From: Gammaproteobacteria bacterium
Lineage (GTDB): Bacteria > Pseudomonadota > Gammaproteobacteria > Eutrophobiales > Eutrophobiaceae
NCBI GenBank assembly: GCA_965243205.1
Contig: CBDEUK010000001.1
Span: 256,001-320,000 of the forward strand
DNA: 64,000 nucleotides
Direction of reading: 5' to 3'
Below are positions 61,344 through 64,000 of the stretch, one piece after another; the first letter of the stretch is position 1; each line of letters opens with the position of its first letter. The notes under the pieces are model-generated. The model searched no databases, was not told the origin of the DNA, and saw only the letters and a program-made list of their open reading frames with translations. Made by a program: the position numbers and the translations under genes.

Positions 61344-61420
61344 GCCCTGATAGCTCAGCTGGATAGAGCGTCCCCCTCCTAAGGGGAAGGTCGCAGGTTC
61401 GACTCCTGCTCAGGGCGCCA
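61344..61420 (+). tRNA. tRNA-Arg (anticodon CCT)
   Basis: Acceptor GCCCTGA/TCAGGGC, anticodon arm TCCCC-CTCCTAA-GGGGA, GTTCGAC T-loop, encoded CCA. Confidence 0.96.
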
Positions 61421-61527
61421 TCTATATTACTAAACTAAAGCTAATATCAAAAAAATTTAGATATTATCAAATGTTAGGAATAAGATAAAAAATTAAGATT
61501 TTATTGGAATAAATGAAAGGGAAAAAT

Positions 61528-61556
61528 AGAGCGGTCTAGAGACAATAAACCGCTCT
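61528..61556 (-). terminator. Terminator-like hairpin downstream of cytochrome c gene
   Basis: AGAGCGGT...ACCGCTCT stem followed on minus strand by ATTTTT. Confidence 0.55.
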
Positions 61557-61584
61557 TATTAGATATATGGATTAATTATCGATA

Positions 61585-62109
61585 TTATTGGTCTTTAAGT
61601 ATTTTAGGTTTGTCTGGACCAAGCACTCCATCAGAACGTGCTTTTAAATAGCGATAAATATTATCAACATTATCACGTACTGCAGGATTATTTTCCCACT
61701 TAGGCATAGTCGCTATTTCTCCTCGATCACGTTGTGCCTGCTTGAGTATTTCCTTGTACATTGACTCTTCTAAATCTATCCAATCATCCGTAGTAAACTT
61801 TACCGCATATTGGTGTAGTACCTTAATATTGAATTGAGCAGGTGTAATCCTTTTAACTCGTTCGAGAAGGTTTGGCGCTATCTCTGTGCCTGTCCCGCCG
61901 AGACCATGGCATCTTATACAGACACCATGATAATAATTCCAGCCAAGGAATGTAGCTGGGTCAACTTTTTCTTCGATGACTTCATATTGTGATTCTATTT
62001 TATAGTACTCTGACTCATATTCGCGTGTAATATTTTCTGCACTTTGCGCTTCTAGGTTTACTATAAAAATAACAACTGGAATATATAAACGGCAATATAA
62101 ATTCCTCAT
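61585..62109 (-). CDS. Monoheme c-type cytochrome, exported
   Basis: Signal peptide, CIRCH heme motif, MPKW distal Met; ATG 62109 follows AGGAG. Confidence 0.88.
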   Translation of the reverse strand: MRNLYCRLYIPVVIFIVNLEAQSAENITREYESEYYKIESQYEVIEEKVDPATFLGWNYYHGVCIRCHGLGGTGTEIAPNLLERVKRITPAQFNIKVLHQYAVKFTTDDWIDLEESMYKEILKQAQRDRGEIATMPKWENNPAVRDNVDNIYRYLKARSDGVLGPDKPKILKDQ

Positions 62110-62168
62110 AATCGTCACTCCTATTTGAATTGATGCATTAATACTAACAATAGCTTTGCATCTGTATT

Positions 62169-62182
62169 TTGATCTAAGTCAA
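62169..62182. promoter_or_regulatory. FNR/ANR-like box
   Basis: TTGATCTAAGTCAA, one mismatch from TTGAT-N4-ATCAA; minus-strand TAGTAT -10 at 62141-62146 fits class II spacing. Confidence 0.6.
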
Positions 62183-62247
62183 CAAAAAAATAGATTTCAT
62201 TGATTATGTGCGTTAGTGTCACAAATCACTTATAGTAAGAATTAACT

Positions 62248-62967
62248 ATGAAGTTTTTAGTCTTTCAACACATTGATGTCGAACACCCAGGAATTTTTCG
62301 TGATTATATGCGCGAAGATGGTATCAAATGGGATATTGTTGAATTAGATGCTGGTGAAACCATTCCCAAAAACCTTAAAGATTATGATGCTTTGTTAGTG
62401 ATGGGAGGACCAATGGATGTTTGGGAAGAAGATAAACACCCGTGGCTTATCGAAGAAAAAGCTGCCATTCGAGAATTTGTAAAAAAATTAGATAAACCTT
62501 ACTTAGGATTTTGTTTAGGCCATCAACTATTAGCTACTGCATTAGGTGGGAAAGTTGATTTGATGCCAACACCTGAAGTGGGAGTGATGGATGTTGAAAT
62601 TACGGAAGATGGTAAAAAGTCTGTCATTTTCGATAATGTAGGAAGTCCCCTATCCTGTTTACAATGGCATGGTGCGGGCGTTACAGAAGCCCCTGAAAAT
62701 AGTTCAGTACTTGCTCAATCCCCTGATTGTGCAATCCAAGCTCTACAAGTTGGAAATAAAGCCTTTAGTATTCAATTTCATATTGAAGTAACCGACAAAA
62801 CCGTTTCCGAATGGGCTGCAGTGGCTGAATACGCTGAGTCATTAGAAAAAGTTTTAGGTAAAGATGCAATTGCTACATTCGATAAACTAACTCAAGATAA
62901 CTTAACAGAGTTTAATCAATCTGCAAAAAAGCTTTACGATAATTTCCTTAGAGCTTTAAAAGCTTAA
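62248..62967 (+). CDS. Type 1 glutamine amidotransferase domain protein
   Basis: MGGPM, GFCLGHQ nucleophile, QFHIE. Confidence 0.9.
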   Translation: MKFLVFQHIDVEHPGIFRDYMREDGIKWDIVELDAGETIPKNLKDYDALLVMGGPMDVWEEDKHPWLIEEKAAIREFVKKLDKPYLGFCLGHQLLATALGGKVDLMPTPEVGVMDVEITEDGKKSVIFDNVGSPLSCLQWHGAGVTEAPENSSVLAQSPDCAIQALQVGNKAFSIQFHIEVTDKTVSEWAAVAEYAESLEKVLGKDAIATFDKLTQDNLTEFNQSAKKLYDNFLRALKA

Positions 62968-63656
62968 AATTTCGTCTGTACTCCAAAAAACGTGATGTGG
63001 TTCATCACATCATCCGCACCTCTGCGACCATTGATGAATTGATTTTGGTAGCCCACTTCCAATGCAAGTTGTGAATTGATTCTATAATTCAAACCAAGAA
63101 ATAATCGGTTTTGATTAAAACCTGATTGTGGACCGCCATCAGCATCATTAAGATTAATAAATACTTCTTCATTGATAGCCAATGATAAATTTTCATTGAT
63201 GAAAGGAAGTTTTTTTGTAAGCCGACCAAAGTAACGAAAACGATACGCTACATCATCAATACCTTTCAAGAAACGCTGTTCTAAACGAAAACGATGAGCA
63301 AGAGCAAGACCATCTGAAAAAGGTTGTTTAATAAATAATTCTTGAAATGAACGATGTTCATCACGATTTGGATCATAGGTTGGGATATAGCCATAACCTT
63401 GGTACAAAGCAATATTTTCTTGTAATTGATAACCAATCGCTCCGCGTAGAAGCAATGTATCGAGTGCACTGTTATCACCACCTGGAATATCACTTAATGT
63501 AAAACGCGGTTGTATATCTAAAAAGCCAGGTACTTTTTCTGATAGATTAAAACGACTTAATGACATAAACCATGCACTGGTTCGAGTTTCTGTGTCCGCG
63601 AGTACAACTGAAGGGGAAATAACCAATAAATAAAAAAATAAACTTAATATACGCAT
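62964..63656 (-). CDS. DUF2490 outer-membrane beta-barrel protein
   Basis: Signal peptide, EHRSFQ, HRFRLEQRF, FNQNRLFLG, terminal F. Confidence 0.8.
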   Translation of the reverse strand: MRILSLFFYLLVISPSVVLADTETRTSAWFMSLSRFNLSEKVPGFLDIQPRFTLSDIPGGDNSALDTLLLRGAIGYQLQENIALYQGYGYIPTYDPNRDEHRSFQELFIKQPFSDGLALAHRFRLEQRFLKGIDDVAYRFRYFGRLTKKLPFINENLSLAINEEVFINLNDADGGPQSGFNQNRLFLGLNYRINSQLALEVGYQNQFINGRRGADDVMNHITFFGVQTKF

Positions 63657-63683
63657 TTTAGCTATATTATCCTTAACTATAAA

Positions 63684-64000
63684 TTATTCGATAACTGCTT
63701 TTTTATAAATATGCCATGTTGTATGACCTAATACAGGCAACACAACCAATAAACCTAAAAACATTGGAACGAATGATAGCATAACCGCCAGTGTTACAAA
63801 TACACCCCAACTAAGCATAACCATTGGACTTGCAGCAACTGTCTTAAAACTTGTAATCATTGCAGATATCACATCCAATTCTTTTTCTAATAATAAAGGA
63901 AACGAAATGACGGTCGTAGAAAATAAGACTAAAGCAAAAAATGCCCCTACAATATGGCCAACTAGGATAAAAATAATACCCTCACTTGTTGTAGTAATAA
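63684..64000 (-). CDS. DUF2189-like membrane protein, 3' part (starts beyond window)
   Basis: DVISAMITS...WG...GLLVVLPVLGHTTWHIY; frame stays open to the window edge. Confidence 0.7.
   Translation of the reverse strand, partial: ITTTSEGIIFILVGHIVGAFFALVLFSTTVISFPLLLEKELDVISAMITSFKTVAASPMVMLSWGVFVTLAVMLSFVPMFLGLLVVLPVLGHTTWHIYKKAVIE

Noticed and set aside
61344-62118. Genomic island integrated at tRNA-Arg(CCT)
   Set aside because: No integrase and no duplicated tRNA 3' end seen within the window
833-63493. Many 60-140 aa ORFs antisense to or nested in conserved genes (e.g. 1049-1303, 16786-17109, 26458-26880, 43702-44007)
   Set aside because: Shadow frames of well-supported genes, with no motifs or RBS

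Overview
AT-rich gammaproteobacterial chromosome segment dominated by a Pseudomonas-type polar flagellar supercluster: fliP'ONML, fliK, fliJIHGFE, fleRS, fleQ, fliT/S/D, flaG, fliC, flgL-B, cheR/cheV, flgAMN and a PilZ brake, with visible sigma54 and sigma28 promoters. Three non-flagellar blocks interrupt it. (1) icd-aceK, phaC, a DUF853 ATPase, a thioredoxin-TPR protein, a rhodanese, and a ~302-bp tandem duplication that looks like two sibling sigma54/IHF-driven small RNAs with an anti-Shine-Dalgarno seed. (2) An opposite-strand run of small genes between fliK and fliJ with one well-formed integron attC site and an apparently circularly permuted acyl carrier protein broken at the phosphopantetheine serine. 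(3) A ~14-kb flagellin glycosylation island: RmlA/RmlB/VioA-like sugar genes, an AMP-ligase-ACP-aminotransferase-oxidoreductase-methyltransferase module, a Baeyer-Villiger-type flavin monooxygenase and an HMW1C-like GT41. The right end has an ArsS-type radical SAM/glycosyltransferase trio, tRNA-Arg(CCT), a cytochrome c with an FNR-like box, a class I glutamine amidotransferase and two DUF genes. All calls come from reading motifs by eye; no database searches or folding programs were run.
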